Shown piece after piece: positions 39,811-48,862 of a DNA stretch of 64,000 nt. The number at the start of each line of letters is the position of its first letter. Positions within the stretch are counted from its first letter, which is position 1. The translations under genes were made by a program, and so were the position numbers. Under the pieces are notes generated by a model. It was not told the origin of the DNA. It ran no database searches and was given only the letters and a program-made list of their open reading frames with translations. Origin of the DNA: Coriobacteriaceae bacterium (GTDB taxonomy: Bacteria; Actinomycetota; Coriobacteriia; Coriobacteriales; UMGS124); the NCBI GenBank assembly GCA_019421015.1, contig JAHZGC010000007.1:23397-87396 (forward strand), written 5' to 3'.

Positions 39811-42800
39811 CTACTCCTTGATGAGCGACTTGCTGGTCTGCAGGCCCTTGGCGTTGGCGTTGTAGTAGGCCATGCCCTCGACGCTCGGGTCGGCGGTGAG
39901 CCATTCCTTCAGACGCGGGTCGCTGGACTCCCAGATCACGGGCACGCCGTCGGGGTCGCAGGGAACCGGGTTGCCGAAGGGCGAGTTCTCGGCCGTCGCC
40001 TTGTACACCACCGTGGGGATGCCGCGGAACTGGGAGGCGCCGCAGATCCAGCACTGGGCGTACTTGTCGAGCACGCAGTTGATGTTGACGAGCTCAAAGC
40101 CGTGGCTCGCGGTGTCGACCTCGGGGAACCACCAGCCGTGGTTGGCGTTGACGGTGCCCTCCTTGATGCCGTAGTACAGGTCGATGACCTCGCGGACCTT
40201 GCCCCAGGGCGTCTCGATCCAGACCCAGTCGCCCTCTTCGATGCCCAGGCGCTCGGCATCGGCGGGGTTCATCTCGAGGCGCGGGTAGGGCCACAGCTCG
40301 CGGCACCAGGGGAGCTGGCGGTGCTCGGTGTGGAAGTAGACGGGCTGGCGGGCGCCGGTGGTCATGATGAAGGCGGCGTCGGGGTTGGCCGTCAGGGCCT
40401 CCTTATAGCCTTCCTTGTTGATCATGTGCTCGTTCTCGTCCATCTTGCCGGCGCAGTGCTGCACCTCGCCGATCTGGTCGACGAGGGAGGCGTCGAAGAA
40501 CTCGGGGTTGGAGACCTTGGAGTTCATCGGCTCGCGCCAGGTGGGGAACTTGTCCTCGTCGTCGATGTAGGACTCCATGATGGTGGACCAGATCTCGACC
40601 TTGGCGGTCGGGGTCATGAAGCCGGCCTTCTCGTCGACGGCGGGGTACAGGTTGTAGCCGCCCTCCTGACGACGGTAGCCCATCTCCCAGCGACGGTAGG
40701 TGCCCCAGCGCTCGGGGTGGTAGGTGCGGCAGTCGAACCAGCCCTCGTTCTGGAACTTCTCGGCGTACTCCGCGAAGGTCGGGCCCTCGGGGAACTCGGG
40801 GGTGTGCCAGGCGTCGCAGGCGGCCTTGAGCACGCGGGCCTCCTGCTCCTCATAGGTCACGTCACCGCCCATCTGGACGAACTTGGTGACGTCGAGGTTC
40901 AGCCACTCGTCATAGGCCGGGTCGGTGTTGTTGAAGGGCACGCCCATGGCCTGGTAGAGCAGGACCACGAAGACCGGGTCGAAGATCTGGTCGCCCTCGG
41001 GCATCTTGGCGCGCTGGCCGGCGCCGAAGAGGCCGCCTGCGCCCTGGGACACGCGGGTCGTGTTGACCTCGAGCCAGTGCAGGCAGGGGAACACGATGTC
41101 GGCGCAGCCGTTGTTGGGGCAGGACCACAGGTTGATGTCGACCCAGAAGTCCAGCTTGGTCAGGGCCTCCCAGGCCTCGGTCAGGTTGGCCTCGTTCATG
41201 AAGTCGCCCGACATGCAGACGCCGCCGTGGATCTGGTAGGGGGTGTCGATCTCGTTGATCGAGTCCCAGATGGTGGCCGCGTCGGCCCAGCGGTTCCAGT
41301 AGCGCAGCAGCGGGAAGCGGTCGGCGCTGATCTGCTTGGCGTTGCGCTCCCAGGTGGTCTTGGGGTTAGGCCACGCCGTGGAGGGACGGTAGTCGCCGCC
41401 CTTGCGCTCGGCGATCCAGTAGGCCTCCTCCTCGGTCGGCACCTTGTTGCCGTAGCGCTCGGCCAGGGGCGAGTCGTTGTCGATCAGGTACTGCACGAAG
41501 TCCTGGATCTCGGGAATCTGGTCCTTGATGGACTTGTCGCGGCCCGACCAGGTGATGGCGTCCGCGCCGTAGTCGGTCGAGAGCATCGTGGCGCGGCCGG
41601 GGCAGCCGTCGACCTCCGCCTTCGAGGAACCGCGGTTACCGGCGGGCTCGTCGGAGTTGCCCGTGATGCAGGCGATGATCTGCAGGGCGCGGGTGTTCTG
41701 CACGGCGTGGCCGGTCTGGTCGGGAGCGAGCTGGTAGTGGATGCCGCCGTTGCCCATGGCCGGGTCGATACGGGTGGTGTAGGCCTTCACCGCCTGCTCG
41801 ATGAGCTCGGCGGGAACCTCCGTGACCTCCTCGGCGTACTCGAGGGTGTAGGGAGCCAGGTGCTCGGCGAAGGCGTCCCACACGGTGCGGGCAACGTGCT
41901 TGGAGCCGTCCTTCCACGTGACCTCGACCTCGCCCGGGAAGAGCGACGGCAGCTTGGGCAGGCCCTTGGGGTTGCACTCCTCAGAGCCGTTCGGGAAGCG
42001 GTCGGCCTCGGTCTCAGGGTCGGCGAAGGTCGAGATGTCGGGCAGCCAGGCGTCGGCCACGAGCGGCTTGTAGGGGTGCTCCACCCACATGCCGGTGGTG
42101 GGGATGCGGTGCTCCTCGCCCTCCCACTGGCACTCCTCGGCGTCCCAGTAGGTCAGGCGCTCGTTGGCCTCGTCCCACACCATGAAGCGCTTGGGCGAGC
42201 CGTCCTCCTTGAGGTCGGCCTCGGTGAGCAGGCGGGTGCGCATGTGCATGCCGCCGTTCATCTCCATGAACCAGACGCCGTCGCCGGGCTCGCCCTCCTT
42301 CTCCTTGTCCTCGCACCACAGGAACGGGGCGTTGGTCCAGCGGCGCACAAAGGCGTCGTCATAGGCCTCGTTGTCGAGGATCCACTTGAGCCAGCTAAGA
42401 GACAGGCACAGGTCGGTGCCCACGCGCAGCGGCAGCCAGATGCTCGACTCCTTGCCGAGCGGCGTGAGGCGCGGGTCCACCAGGATGTGGCAGGCGGCGT
42501 GCTGGGCCACGTCGGTGGCGGCGCGGTTGTTGGTGTCGTAGTTGGAGTACTCGGGCGCGGTGCCCCACTGCACGTAGACCTTGGGCTCGGCCTCGACCTC
42601 CATCCACGGGGAGCCGATCTCGTCGGTCAGGATGCCGCCGAAGTGGCGCGGACCCTTGCAGATCTCATAGGCCAGGTGCGCGTTGGGGGTACCAAAGACC
42701 TGCTTGAGCGTGCCGTAGGGGGCCTGGGTCCAGACGCGCGAGGTGCCGCCCATGGCAAAGATGGACTCGCCGCCGTACTTGTCAACGATCTCGCCGAACT

Positions 42801-43209
42801 TCTCGCCCATGAGCTTGAAGCCCTCGGCAAGCGAGATGCGCACCCAGCCCGGGTCGTCCTCGCCCTTGGGGTTGGTGCGCTTCATGACGTACTTGAGGCG
42901 GTCGGGGTGGTACGCGGCCTGCATCGACGAGGCCGACTTGGAGCAGCAGTGGCCGCGGCCGTGGCTCGAGCTCTCGTCGCCCTCGACCTTCACGACTTTG
43001 CCGTCCTCCACGGTGACCCAGACGCCGCACTCGACCTTGCCGCAGGCGCGGCAGCACGAGCGGATGCGCTTGACCTCGCCGGCGGTCTCGTCCTCGCCCT
43101 CGGCCAGGGCCTGCAGGGGCTTGGTGACACTGGGGGTCAGGGCAGCGGCTGCCGCGGTGACGGCGGCGGCCTTGACGAAGTTACGACGGCTCATCGTAAG
43201 CTTGGCCAT
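39811..43209 (-). CDS. Large (1132 aa) Tat-exported bis-MGD molybdopterin oxidoreductase catalytic subunit
   Basis: ATG at 43209 is preceded by GGGAGGAGG. Has a Tat signal (TMSRRNFVKAAAVTAAAAAL) and an N-terminal Cys cluster (SCCRACGKVECGVWV...HCCSK). Molybdopterin oxidoreductase and molydop-binding domain patterns run throughout. It is ~50% longer than DmsA-type subunits. Confidence 0.9.
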   Translation of the reverse strand: MAKLTMSRRNFVKAAAVTAAAAALTPSVTKPLQALAEGEDETAGEVKRIRSCCRACGKVECGVWVTVEDGKVVKVEGDESSSHGRGHCCSKSASSMQAAYHPDRLKYVMKRTNPKGEDDPGWVRISLAEGFKLMGEKFGEIVDKYGGESIFAMGGTSRVWTQAPYGTLKQVFGTPNAHLAYEICKGPRHFGGILTDEIGSPWMEVEAEPKVYVQWGTAPEYSNYDTNNRAATDVAQHAACHILVDPRLTPLGKESSIWLPLRVGTDLCLSLSWLKWILDNEAYDDAFVRRWTNAPFLWCEDKEKEGEPGDGVWFMEMNGGMHMRTRLLTEADLKEDGSPKRFMVWDEANERLTYWDAEECQWEGEEHRIPTTGMWVEHPYKPLVADAWLPDISTFADPETEADRFPNGSEECNPKGLPKLPSLFPGEVEVTWKDGSKHVARTVWDAFAEHLAPYTLEYAEEVTEVPAELIEQAVKAYTTRIDPAMGNGGIHYQLAPDQTGHAVQNTRALQIIACITGNSDEPAGNRGSSKAEVDGCPGRATMLSTDYGADAITWSGRDKSIKDQIPEIQDFVQYLIDNDSPLAERYGNKVPTEEEAYWIAERKGGDYRPSTAWPNPKTTWERNAKQISADRFPLLRYWNRWADAATIWDSINEIDTPYQIHGGVCMSGDFMNEANLTEAWEALTKLDFWVDINLWSCPNNGCADIVFPCLHWLEVNTTRVSQGAGGLFGAGQRAKMPEGDQIFDPVFVVLLYQAMGVPFNNTDPAYDEWLNLDVTKFVQMGGDVTYEEQEARVLKAACDAWHTPEFPEGPTFAEYAEKFQNEGWFDCRTYHPERWGTYRRWEMGYRRQEGGYNLYPAVDEKAGFMTPTAKVEIWSTIMESYIDDEDKFPTWREPMNSKVSNPEFFDASLVDQIGEVQHCAGKMDENEHMINKEGYKEALTANPDAAFIMTTGARQPVYFHTEHRQLPWCRELWPYPRLEMNPADAERLGIEEGDWVWIETPWGKVREVIDLYYGIKEGTVNANHGWWFPEVDTASHGFELVNINCVLDKYAQCWICGASQFRGIPTVVYKATAENSPFGNPVPCDPDGVPVIWESSDPRLKEWLTADPSVEGMAYYNANAKGLQTSKSLIKE

Positions 43210-43772
43210 AGGTCCTCCTCCCTTTCTGGTGCACGGGGCACCGGTAACAACTCTCCTGTGGGTTGCCTCGTCGGCCGCTCGGCGCGGCGGACCCGTGCGC
43301 TCCCGCCGGATCCGGGTGCGGGGCGCAGGCCGCGGCATCGCGGGGCCTTGAGGCGATTCGAATGGTAAGCATGGACAAATGGTGCGGCTCATTTCGGCGG
43401 GCCTGTTTGGGGAGAGGCCCATCATCCCCTGCGGTGTAGCGGTGTGGATGAGTTAGCATTTATGCAGGTAGATATCGCATATAAAGGAGGTCTCGGGGGA
43501 GAATTAATCCCCTCGTATAACATATTGATATACTCTGACCCCTTGGTTTTTTGTCCATGGTTGAACGGGCGCACCGACCGCCGCGCAACCGATACGCCGC
43601 CGGGGATGAGGCTCCACCTCTCCCGACCCGTGGGAACCCCGTGGGGGTGATGGCGTCGGAACCCGGCTACCGGTACAGTGGGAACCGCCGGAACACAGGG
43701 TCCCGGCCGCACGCAACCGCAGGCGCCCCCGCACGGCGGCACGGCCCGCACCCATCGAAGGAGAGAGGCCCC

Positions 43773-45377
43773 ATGGGCATCAAGATCCCCACCGTCACGC
43801 TGAGCGTGCGCACCGCGGCCGACGAAGACGCCCGCGAGCTCAACGGCAACGCGGTGGGGCTCGGGCTGCTCGTCATGGGCCTGCTCTCGATGCTCTACGG
43901 CAACACGGCCTGTCTGGCGCCCCGGGGGCTCACGGCACTCTGTTGCGCCTTTGGGGGGACCGTCGCCCTCTGCGCGCTGCTCGGGGCCTCGTTCGACAAG
44001 CACATCCACGGGCTGTTCCGCACCCTCGGCCCTGTGGTCGCCGGCTCTATAGCCTGTACCCTGGGCTGCGCGGCACTGCTCGGGGCGGCCGCGCTGGTAG
44101 GCACCCCCCAAACGGTCGCCGCCGCCGCGTGCGGCGTGGCGATCGGGGCGGGAACGGCGTTGCTCACCCTGTACTGGGGCATCTCCTACGGCCGCACCGA
44201 GACCCCCGGCATCGTGTTCAACGCGAGCGTCTCCACGGCCATCGCCATCCTGCTCTACGCCCTGGTGGTCGAGCAGCTCCCCACCCCCTGGGGCCACCTC
44301 CTGGTGAGCGCGGCGCCGCTGCTCAACATCGCGTTTTTGCGCCGGCGCGTGACCAACAACCTGCCCAACGCCGACATGCGCGAGGCCACCTACTTCAGCG
44401 AGCTCGACATCGCGCGGGGCAAGTTCGCCGCGAGGATCATCCCGGCCATGGCCTGCCTGGGCTTCGTGCTGGCCCTGCTGGTGGCCCACGCGGGCTTCTC
44501 CCTCACGCCGGCCGCCGGTCTGGCGGGCATCGGCTTTACCGTCTTGGCCATGGTGCTGAGCTGCACCATCGTGCTGGCCAGCAGCACCCTCTCGTCAAAG
44601 AGCGACCAGTCGTTCAACCACACGTTTCGCCTCATGATGCCCATCGTCGCCCTCTTCATCCTGCCGCTGCCCTTCACGGAAACCTCCGAGGCGTCCCTGG
44701 GCAACATGCTCATCCTCACCGCCATGGCCATGTGCATCACGCTAGGATGGGCGTTTTTAGGCAACGTGTGCCAGGAGTTCCGCCTCTCGCCCGTGCACGT
44801 GTTCGGCCTGGGCTGCGGCGCCGTGGCCTGCGGCATGCTGTTGGCCCTCTTGGCGACCCATGTCATCCCCGCCTTCGTGGGCAACGTGATGTCGCAGGCG
44901 GCCATGGGGCTTACGCTCTGCCTGTTCGGCCTGGTGGTGGTATGCGGCCTGTTCCCCCGGCGCGACGACATCCGCGCCATCGTGGTGCGCTCGTTCACGC
45001 CGGAGCAGCTCTGGGGCGCCGAAGAAGAGGGCGTCGAGGCGGCTGGAGAGCAGACGGCCCCCGGCACAACGGGCGCCCAGCCTTCGGAGCCACACGCGGG
45101 AGCCGCAGAAGGCGCCGGCTCCGGCCCCGAGGCCGACCCCAACCGCAAGGGCCGCTTCATGCGCCGCTGCGACCAGGTGGCCGACACCTACCTGCTCTCG
45201 CGCCGCGAGACCGACGTGCTCTACCTGCTGGCCAAGGGCCGCAACGTGAGCTATATCAAAGAGAAGCTCTACATCAGCGAGGGCACGGCCAAGACCCACG
45301 TGCACCACGTGTACAAAAAGCTCAACGTCCACTCGCAGCAGGAGCTCATGGCGCTCATCGACGGCGTGGAGGTGTAG
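43773..45377 (+). CDS. Membrane-spanning LuxR-family transcriptional regulator
   Basis: ATG at 43773 is preceded by GAAGGAGAGAGG. Has a polytopic N-terminal domain and a C-terminal LSRRETDVLYLLAKGRNVSYIKEKLYISEGTAKTHVHHVYKKLNVHSQQELMAL. It is divergent from the 43209 reductase operon. Confidence 0.8.
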   Translation: MGIKIPTVTLSVRTAADEDARELNGNAVGLGLLVMGLLSMLYGNTACLAPRGLTALCCAFGGTVALCALLGASFDKHIHGLFRTLGPVVAGSIACTLGCAALLGAAALVGTPQTVAAAACGVAIGAGTALLTLYWGISYGRTETPGIVFNASVSTAIAILLYALVVEQLPTPWGHLLVSAAPLLNIAFLRRRVTNNLPNADMREATYFSELDIARGKFAARIIPAMACLGFVLALLVAHAGFSLTPAAGLAGIGFTVLAMVLSCTIVLASSTLSSKSDQSFNHTFRLMMPIVALFILPLPFTETSEASLGNMLILTAMAMCITLGWAFLGNVCQEFRLSPVHVFGLGCGAVACGMLLALLATHVIPAFVGNVMSQAAMGLTLCLFGLVVVCGLFPRRDDIRAIVVRSFTPEQLWGAEEEGVEAAGEQTAPGTTGAQPSEPHAGAAEGAGSGPEADPNRKGRFMRRCDQVADTYLLSRRETDVLYLLAKGRNVSYIKEKLYISEGTAKTHVHHVYKKLNVHSQQELMALIDGVEV

Positions 45378-45392
45378 TACGATACGGCGGCC

Positions 45393-46376
45393 ATGTCGCA
45401 GCCCAAGCAGGAGAATCGATTGATACTGTCGCTCGCCCCGATGGAAGAGCTCACCGGATACCTGTTCCGCACCGTGCATGCGGAGTGCTTCGGCCCGCTC
45501 GACCGCTACTACACCCCCTTCTTGACGCCCCCGCCGGCTGGCAGGCCCTTTTTTGAGCGCTACAGCAAGGAGGTCGACCCCGAGGTCAACCGTGGCCTCG
45601 ACGTCGTTCCCCAGCTGCTCACCAAGAACGCCGACGACTTCGTGTGGGCGGCCCGCCAGCTCGCCGAGATGGGCTATAGGGAGATCAACCTGAACCTGGG
45701 GTGCCCTTCGAGAACCGTCGTCGCCAAGGGCAAGGGCTCCGGGTTTTTGCGCGACCTACAGGGCCTCGACGCGTTCCTGAGCGACGTGTGTGAGCGCTCT
45801 CCGGTCCCGGTCTCGGTCAAGACAAGGCTCGGCGTGCGCCGCGACGACGAATACGAGCGGCTCCTCGAGCTCTACTGCAGGCACCCCTTGGCGGAGCTCA
45901 TCGTGCATCCCCGCGTCCAGGCCGACCGCTACCAGGGAAAGCCCCGCTGGGAGCCCTACGGCAAGACGCTGGAGCGGGCGCCCTTTCCCGTGGCGTACAA
46001 CGGGGACGTCTTTAGCCCCGACGACCTGGAGGCCCTCGTCAAAACGCACCCCCAGACGCGCCACGTGATGCTGGGCAGGGGCATCCTGGCAAACCCGGCC
46101 CTCGCGCGCATGATACGGGGAGGAACGGCCGCCACCGCCGACGAGCTGCGGCACTTCCACGACCGGCTGTACGGCGAGACCAAGGCGGCCGTCGGCGACA
46201 AGGCGGCCTACCGCATGAAGGAGTGGTGGTCCTGCGCCCGCTTTGCCTTTGCCGACCCGGACTCGGTCCACAAGGCCGTGAGGACGGTGCGCAACGCCGC
46301 CGAGTACGAGGCCGCAGTCGAGCGTATCTTCCGCGCCGAGCGGCTGGCCGAACCCCGGCAGGCGCGGTTCCGATAA
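45393..46376 (+). CDS. tRNA-dihydrouridine synthase family protein (Dus-like FMN TIM barrel)
   Basis: Has INLNLGCPS (catalytic Cys region), VSVKTRLG and GRG.L.NP.L motifs. Confidence 0.8.
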   Translation: MSQPKQENRLILSLAPMEELTGYLFRTVHAECFGPLDRYYTPFLTPPPAGRPFFERYSKEVDPEVNRGLDVVPQLLTKNADDFVWAARQLAEMGYREINLNLGCPSRTVVAKGKGSGFLRDLQGLDAFLSDVCERSPVPVSVKTRLGVRRDDEYERLLELYCRHPLAELIVHPRVQADRYQGKPRWEPYGKTLERAPFPVAYNGDVFSPDDLEALVKTHPQTRHVMLGRGILANPALARMIRGGTAATADELRHFHDRLYGETKAAVGDKAAYRMKEWWSCARFAFADPDSVHKAVRTVRNAAEYEAAVERIFRAERLAEPRQARFR

Positions 46377-46417
46377 TGCCGCGCCTCCGGCCCCATCGCA
46401 GCGCACAGCGTGTTGGG

Positions 46418-46683
46418 GGCGTAACGCCCAAACGGCAAATCCGGAGATACTTCCGCAAGAAGGCACATCTGGATTGGCGCCTGGCCCCCGAGACGGTACC
46501 CACAGAGTACGCCGGGAACCAGGTGCAGCCATGCCATCAAGTAGCAAGCCGTCTACCAGGCGTTTCTCCACCACATACCCCGAAGGTGCCACTGATACCC
46601 CAGCAAGCGAGAGGCCCATGGGGGTTTCTCGCCTATCCAGAACCCCGATTCCGCGGAAGCATCTCCCCTTTGGCCGTCTTGCC
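46418..46683. mobile_element. Family C element, copy 2 (~266 bp)
   Basis: Left arm is GGCGTAACGCCCAAACGG...GGAGATACTTCCGCAAGAAGG...TCTGGATTGG. Right arm is CCTATCCAGAACCCCGATTCCGCGGAAGCATCTCCCCTTTGGCCGTCTTGCC. It is preceded (46388-46423) by a ~12-codon relic homologous to the 37785-37820 flavoprotein 3' end. Confidence 0.6.
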
Positions 46684-46730
46684 AAAACGGCGCGGCCGCT
46701 AAAAGCCGCCGGTACGCCCCCCGCGCGAGG

Positions 46731-46982
46731 TTACACCCGCTCGATCACCCATTCGTCGATGCCACGCTCGGCACTCGAGTAGTTCACGCCCACCTTGTAC
46801 AACGGGCCCCTTGCGCCTTGAACGTTGGCCCCGAGCAGGTCAAAGATGAGGTAGAAGGTGGTCTCGAAGCCCCGCTCGTCCTTGCTGCCCAAGTCGTAGG
46901 GCATGCCGACAAGGTAGACCCGCAACCCCTCCAGCGCCTCCTCCACCTCGCCCATACGCAGGTGGTTGGCCATACCGTTCAA
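46731..46982 (-). pseudogene. Internally deleted remnant of an AAA-ATPase/PD-(D/E)XK (PDDEXK_9-like) gene
   Basis: This 83-aa ORF retains ERGFETTFYLIFDLLG (nuclease-core-like) fused directly to YKVGVNYSSAERGIDEWVIE, a C-terminal tail typical of that family as I recall it. The ATPase domain and catalytic residues are missing. Confidence 0.4.
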
Positions 46983-47003
46983 GAAAAGATTGTGGGTCGT
47001 CTA

Positions 47004-47903
47004 TTACACCAGCATCCCCACCACCAGGCACAGGCAGTAGCCGCCCACCAACGCGGCCGAGAGGCCCACCGCGCCGCAGGCCCTCTGCACACCGGGGCGT
47101 GCGCCGCCCACCAGGGCGCCGATCCCACAGGCCAGCGGCAACGCCAGCCCGCACCCCAGGGCGCCCGCCCAGAACAGCACGGCATCGCCCGCGGCCAACG
47201 CGGCCAGCCGATCGGCGGCCGTCGCACCGGCCGCGGCGCCCATGTTGGCCGTATAACCGTCGAAAGAAAACGCCGTCTTGGCAGCACCTGCCGCATCGGC
47301 ACCCGGCCCGGCCAGGAGCCACCCCGCAAACACGGCGGCCCCCACTACCAGGGCGACGGCACCCACAAACCCCATGGTGCGGCCGAACGAACGGACCCCG
47401 TCGTTGCCGGCCAGCATGGCACCCATGAGCTGGACGAAGGACCCCAGGCACAGCGCCAGCCCCACAAACAGCGCGAACACTGCCCAAAAGCGCCCGTCCA
47501 CCTTTACAAAAGCCGACTTCAAGAAGCCCAGGGCGGCCCCGAACACCAGCGCGGCCGCCACCGCGACCAACACGACGCCCACCCAGCGCGGCACGCTGGC
47601 GTCCTCGGAGCGCTTGGCCAGCACGACCGCCGCGCCGCAGGCCGCCACGAGCGCCAGGGTCGCGTAAAGGTAGATCGCGATGCCCGAGCTCGCGTGGCGC
47701 AGCGCGGTGAAGAACGCCGCCGGGCTGCGCAGCGTGCCCACAAACAGCGCCGCTCCTGCGAGCGCCGCCACGGCAGCCAGCACGCCCAGCGCCACGTTGA
47801 GACCCTCGCCGCGATACCGCGCCATCTGCACACCCTGTACGCCGGCCGTCCCGGCCCCCAGGCACGCCAGCAACGCCGATCCGGCCAACAGATACTCCGC
47901 CAT
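47004..47903 (-). CDS. DmsC-like membrane anchor subunit
   Basis: ATG at 47903 is preceded by GGGGAGGAAGG. 300 aa, ~8 TM helices, paralog of 38224..39132. Confidence 0.75.
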   Translation of the reverse strand: MAEYLLAGSALLACLGAGTAGVQGVQMARYRGEGLNVALGVLAAVAALAGAALFVGTLRSPAAFFTALRHASSGIAIYLYATLALVAACGAAVVLAKRSEDASVPRWVGVVLVAVAAALVFGAALGFLKSAFVKVDGRFWAVFALFVGLALCLGSFVQLMGAMLAGNDGVRSFGRTMGFVGAVALVVGAAVFAGWLLAGPGADAAGAAKTAFSFDGYTANMGAAAGATAADRLAALAAGDAVLFWAGALGCGLALPLACGIGALVGGARPGVQRACGAVGLSAALVGGYCLCLVVGMLV

Positions 47904-47992
47904 AGCCTTCCTCCCCGTGTGGTTCTCTCCCCTGTGGAACACATGGGCGGCCGCGCAGGGCACGTACCCCGTGCCGTGCCGCCATAGCCGTT

Positions 47993-48754
47993 TTACGCCT
48001 GCGCGGGTTCTTCCCGTGCCGGAGCGCCCTCGTCGCCCAGCAGCTCGCTCAAGAACGCCCGGTCGGTAGCCAAAAAGCCGTCGGTCAGCTCGGCAAGGCC
48101 GCGGTAGAGGTCGGTCTTGGCAAAGCGGCGCATGTCGGCGGTGAAGGCCGGCACCCAGTTGAGGAGGTGCCCCTCCAAAAAGCCCCGCTGGGTCTTGAAG
48201 AGCTCCACGGCGCGGTCCTCGTCGCCGGCCTCGAGGGCCTCGGCGGCACGGTCGCACAGCACGGCCTCGAACTCAAGCTCGACGGCCACGTGGTCCTCCT
48301 CGTCCTTCCAGGAGCCGCTCTTGTTGAGGCCCTCGGAGCGGTACAGGGCGAGCACCTCGTCGCGGGCATCCTGGCGCAGCAGCCGGTCCTTGGAGGTGTA
48401 GACGCTCTCGAAGGGATAGGCCGCCGCACGGCCGTCGACCCCGGCGCCGATGAACGTGCGCGTGTAGTCCACGGCGAGCTCCAAGGCCATACCGTCGGCC
48501 GGACGGCCCAGATAGGCCGAGATCAGGCGGTGGCCGCGGTCCATGGCGTCGCTGCCGGTCGCGGCCGGGAAGCGCATGGCGCGCAGCTCGGCCAGCAGGG
48601 CTTCGTCGGCCTCGACGCGGTAAAGGCGGCTGAGCAGGCCGTAGGTCTCGCCGCGACGGCGGGCGAGCTGGGCGAGCTCGGTCAGCTCGGGGGCGACCTC
48701 CGAAACAGAGGCGTCGGTTTTGGCTTCGGTGGCGCAGACGCAGGTGCAGCTCAT
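47993..48754 (-). CDS. TorD/DmsD-family redox-enzyme maturation chaperone
   Basis: Has the YGLLSRLY, LAVDYTRTF, AYPFESVY, EDHVAVELEF and FLEGHLLNW motifs. It is a paralog of 10430..11110. Confidence 0.8.
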   Translation of the reverse strand: MSCTCVCATEAKTDASVSEVAPELTELAQLARRRGETYGLLSRLYRVEADEALLAELRAMRFPAATGSDAMDRGHRLISAYLGRPADGMALELAVDYTRTFIGAGVDGRAAAYPFESVYTSKDRLLRQDARDEVLALYRSEGLNKSGSWKDEEDHVAVELEFEAVLCDRAAEALEAGDEDRAVELFKTQRGFLEGHLLNWVPAFTADMRRFAKTDLYRGLAELTDGFLATDRAFLSELLGDEGAPAREEPAQA

Positions 48755-48862
48755 GGGATACTCCTCCTTGCAGGGTGTTTTTGCCGCAGGTGACGTTGCA
48801 TGCCGGCCCCACGGGCGCGTTGCGCGCGGGCGGCCAGCCGATCGGCCATGGGGCCGTACGGC

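Noticed and set aside
38734-43368. A 1544-aa ORF on the plus strand; similar long ORFs are at 50662..53769, 5924..7192, 7842..10229, 34159..36036 and 61576..63726.
   Set aside because: They lie antisense to genes with unmistakable family signatures (Mo catalytic subunits, icd, DUF3160, the helicase-like genes). They have Gly/Arg/Ala/Val/His-rich low-complexity translations and no motifs. These are typical shadow ORFs of high-GC DNA.
43210-43459. A Moco (molybdenum cofactor) riboswitch in the leaders of the Mo-enzyme operons (also examined at 7350-7450 and 53788-53890).
   Set aside because: I could not recognise the conserved Moco-motif core with confidence by eye. The CCAGAAAGGGAGG near the SD is only a vague resemblance. 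The leader is kept as a low-interest structured-leader finding pending a cmscan.
46731-46982. An 83-aa ORF as an intact small gene.
   Set aside because: The sequence looks like two non-adjacent pieces of a much larger ATPase/PD-(D/E)XK protein fused together. It lacks catalytic residues and sits in a repeat-rich decay zone. It is therefore called a remnant rather than a functional gene.
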